A program made the translations under genes and the position numbers. From NCBI GenBank assembly GCA_965603825.1, contig CBFDEM010000037.1:434001-498000 (forward strand): a stretch of 64,000 nucleotides of DNA, written 5' to 3'. The number at the start of each line of letters is the position of its first letter. Position 1 is the first letter of the stretch. This document shows positions 61,199 through 64,000 of this stretch, one piece after another. This DNA is from Blepharisma stoltei ATCC 30299 (taxonomy: Eukaryota > Protista > Ciliophora). Below the pieces are notes generated by a model. That model did not search any database and had not been told where the DNA came from. It saw only the letters and a list, made by a program, of their open reading frames with translations.

Positions 61199-63205
61199 TT
61201 ATCCTTTAGTTAAAGGCTGAAGAATAATTGATTTATTTTGCTGATCTTCCGATGGCTTAGCTCTAATTGAAGAAAATGCTAGCTTTTCTATAGCCAAAGC
61301 AGGCATTTCAATCATTAGCACAAATGGAATCGCAATTATATAAGAAATGACAAAGAAAAATATCGCATCACGGATTCAAGTAAATTCACTTAAGATTGTA
61401 GCCACTTTTTGGCTCCTATAAATGATATCAAGGATGTTATAGTGGATTAAATAAACACAGTAGGTCATTCTTGCGAGTGGAGTTCATATGTCCCAGGAAA
61501 GTACTCAAGTAATCCAATTAAAGTGTCCAAGAAGTGCTGGCAGCAGGACTAAAGTAATCCCCAAGCCAAAAGTTACTTTATTGAAGGCAATAAAAGCAAC
61601 ATTCTCTGAATCAGTTCAATGCGGGTATGTAAGACCTTTCCCGGGGTGCTTAAAAGTGTCATACAATACAAAAATATTGATATTAATCAATGCTAGTCCT
61701 ATAAAGCCAGCAATATACCTGAAATAAATATTTTCAAATTTTTTAGCAACCCAGATCGCTGTTGAATCATAGGTAATTTGCTTATCTTGGAATTTTCTGT
61801 ATGAATATAAGATTAAGCCTGATATTATTCCAAGACCGTAAGGCCCGATTCTGCAATAAGGTTTTACATAGTAGTACCAATATCCATTTTGTCCACTTTC
61901 AGCTGCAATTGGTACAGCATTGAGATTGAAATGATTAGCTATAAGGCCTGAGCTTAAAATTGACAGAATGTTCATTAAAATCACTGAAACCCACCCAAAT
62001 GATCTATGGTATTTGTGGTAAAGCCAAAGGATTGGGGGAGTAATTATGAAAAATTGCATATCATTAGCTAAATATCATGCTTGGCCTAAACAAGTGCTGG
62101 ATTTTCAGTTGGGAACAAAATTATTTACGTATAAGATATCAGTTCACCAATACTTTTTGCAAGGATCGTTTATGGAATTTCCTCTATATCACAGTGGGCC
62201 ATTCCCGATGTGCTTTTGGAGAGACCAATAGAATAAAATCACAAATAAGTATAAAGGAGTTAGACGGAGGTATCTATGAACATAAATCATGATCCAATTC
62301 GCTTTCTTAGGAGAATTAATTTCAGCTATCAACAAATATGCAACTAATAGCCCAGCAAGCCAAAAAAAAGTATCAACTGATACTTCTCCACTCGCAGGAA
62401 TAATCATATCAGAGCTCTTCAAAATATCAATAAAATGGTCACCATTCGAAATCACTGCCTCTGTTCAAAGCAATAAACACGTATGGCCAAGAATAACCCA
62501 TCCAATTGAAAGGACCCTGACACTGTTTAATAACTCTAACGTATCTTTTTTCCCTAATCTTTCTTGGCTTCTGCTTATAAATAGTTTTTTTAAATTGGTA
62601 ATCATTGAAAAACAAAGCAAGTATTTAATAGCCAAAGATCTCTCTTGTGGCTCAGAGCCAAGCTTATCTATACTTTGGGGTTTTGATATCTCGTAATACT
62701 CTAAAATAGTGGCGGATAAGCATATAAAAGCAATAATTGCAATAAAAATTATCATTAATATTGCACCGGCTGAATAATCGCTGAAATTGTCATCAATGTA
62801 TTCTTTGGGGAAAACTATTGGAGTATTTGGATACTGAGTAAGAATTTTCTGGGAATTTTGGGATTTTAGGGCAGATGGTAATTGGTGAAAAAAACTTGAA
62901 TTTGTCAATATTTGGATATAATCCTCCTCTGTACAAACTTTTGGCCCACAAAGAGTAATAACCATAAACGGAAACACTATCTCAATTACAGTGTATTTTG
63001 CAATCGAAATATCCGTGCAGGGATCATATTCACCTAAGTTATTAATCATAAACCCTGAGTATCTAAACATCTTTGTATAGTCAGATGGGTTGGGATCAAG
63101 AATTCCTTCAGCTCCTTTCAAAACTTTTGCTCACTCCATCTCGCATTCCTTTAAGCTTGATTGAGAAAAAGCTAATGAGAAGATTAACATGAGAACCTGC
63201 CACAT
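61199..63205 (-). CDS. NRF-6-like acyltransferase-3 family membrane protein (~668 aa)
   Basis: ATG 63205 with signal peptide; NNLGEYD.C; LNSVRVLSIGWVILGH; SVDTFFWLAG; HRYLRLTP; (W=TGA)YLANDMQFF; YVKPYCRIGPY; LARMTYCVYLIH; IEMP. Single frame to TAA at 61199. Confidence 0.9.
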
Positions 63206-63698
63206 TTTTATTCTTGTAAGCAAAAATCAGAATATGGAGAGAAATTATTTTTAGAAATAGGTGAAGAATTATTTGCAAAAAATTTTATCATTTTTGTTTA
63301 CAGTATTTTAAGTTAAATTTTCAAAATTAGAATAATATATCCCGTTTTTTATATTTGATCTTAAAAAATAATAATAATTTAGCCAAAAATTGCAATCTCT
63401 TTTTGAGTATCCAAAAAATGTTTGCATCTATAAGCCATTATGAAAGTTTATCAATTTTATAAAAAAATAATTATAATAGCTGTTTTAACTATAGCAGTTT
63501 GAACCAAAAGCAATTAAAATTTTAGGTTTATTTAAAATGGTCTTCAAGTGGCAAACTATATCAATCGCTGCCAATGCTATAAATATTGTTTGAAAGGCTA
63601 AATTATAAGAATTTTGAATCTCTGATTGAAAATTGATATAATAAGCTAGCAGGTTTCATTATATTGAATAAGCGATATTTTAATTTTAATCATCCATT

Positions 63699-63917
63699 AT
63701 GAACTCAAAAAGGACTTTATCAAGTATGCCAAGCGACAACATGAGCATTGTTTCCTGTTACAATATAGAATCTTGTAACACAACTCAAAAAACTCCAACT
63801 GTCCTTGAATATTCCTTCGAGTCCCAGCTCATATCAAGATCAACTGCTCGAAAAAGCAATTTTTCATTAACAAGCTACTCCAAAGCTGAGACAAGCTGCA
63901 AGTGCTCAGTTTTCTAA
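63699..63917 (+). CDS. Small Ser-rich protein with C-terminal CxCxxF/CaaX motif (72 aa)
   Basis: ATG after an AT-rich leader; GC content higher than the flanks; ends SCKCSVF-TAA. Confidence 0.6.
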   Translation: MNSKRTLSSMPSDNMSIVSCYNIESCNTTQKTPTVLEYSFESQLISRSTARKSNFSLTSYSKAETSCKCSVF

Positions 63918-64000
63918 AAATTTAAAGCTGCTAATTTATCTAAATCTTTAATCTATTTTATTTTCGAAACTCTATAAGTTAAGTTATAATATGGATCCTG

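Noticed and set aside
588-62696. Short antisense or overlapping ORFs in the track (e.g. 789-1070, 1908-2342, 15250-15693, 34000-34698, 50137-50547, 62289-62696)
   Set aside because: They are shadows of real genes on the opposite strand or in another frame, with F/S/L/I-rich composition and no motifs.
1-64000. Mycoplasma-like bacterial or mitochondrial origin (also UGA=Trp); selenoprotein cluster
   Set aside because: Spliceosomal GT-AG introns and eukaryote-specific nuclear genes are present, and the TGAs align with Trp rather than Cys/Sec positions.
1-64000. Telomeric repeats, IESs, transposons, tRNA and rRNA genes
   Set aside because: None recognised by eye. Genes are uninterrupted apart from micro-introns, consistent with macronuclear DNA. 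A tRNAscan/Infernal run would be needed to exclude small ncRNAs in the intergenic gaps.

Overview
AT-rich, gene-dense eukaryotic DNA that reads as the somatic (macronuclear) genome of a heterotrich ciliate, most likely Blepharisma. Two features seen directly in the sequence support this. (1) TGA is read as Trp: it sits at invariant Trp positions (kinase DIWSCG, NAA60 EWFP, UNC-50 LEWLY, ALKBH8 RYLWKH), and TAA/TAG end the genes. (2) Introns are tiny GT-AG elements of 15 nt, plus one of 16 nt and probably one of 17 nt. The supplied ORF track uses the wrong code and fragments most genes. Re-translated, the window holds about 27 intact genes and two decayed ones. The main feature (0.6-20.4 kb) is a head-to-tail array of three uninterrupted ~2100-aa fusion genes, each joining a P4-ATPase(flippase)-like half to a guanylyl cyclase. 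The cyclase halves look catalytically intact, with inverted C1/C2 order. The flippase halves are degenerate in paralog-specific ways, and one copy has gained a linker packed with PKA/PKG-type sites. A divergent adenylate kinase-like gene lies downstream of the array. Upstream is a decayed block holding a multiply frameshifted CFAP298 and an unannotated kinase fragment. The remaining genes are an ANK-SAM-SAM-CaaX protein, an SV2-like MFS transporter, an Sfi1-like protein, Sec8-like, NAA60, a C2/GAS2 protein, two acylated ankyrin proteins, HMG-CoA synthase, a low-complexity tandem-WWE protein, UNC-50, COA4, ALKBH8, an AMPK/SNF1-like kinase, a mitochondrial RAP-domain protein, an NRF-6-like acyltransferase and several coiled-coil hypotheticals. 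No tRNA, rRNA, telomere or transposon was recognised. All calls come from manual reading and no searches were run.
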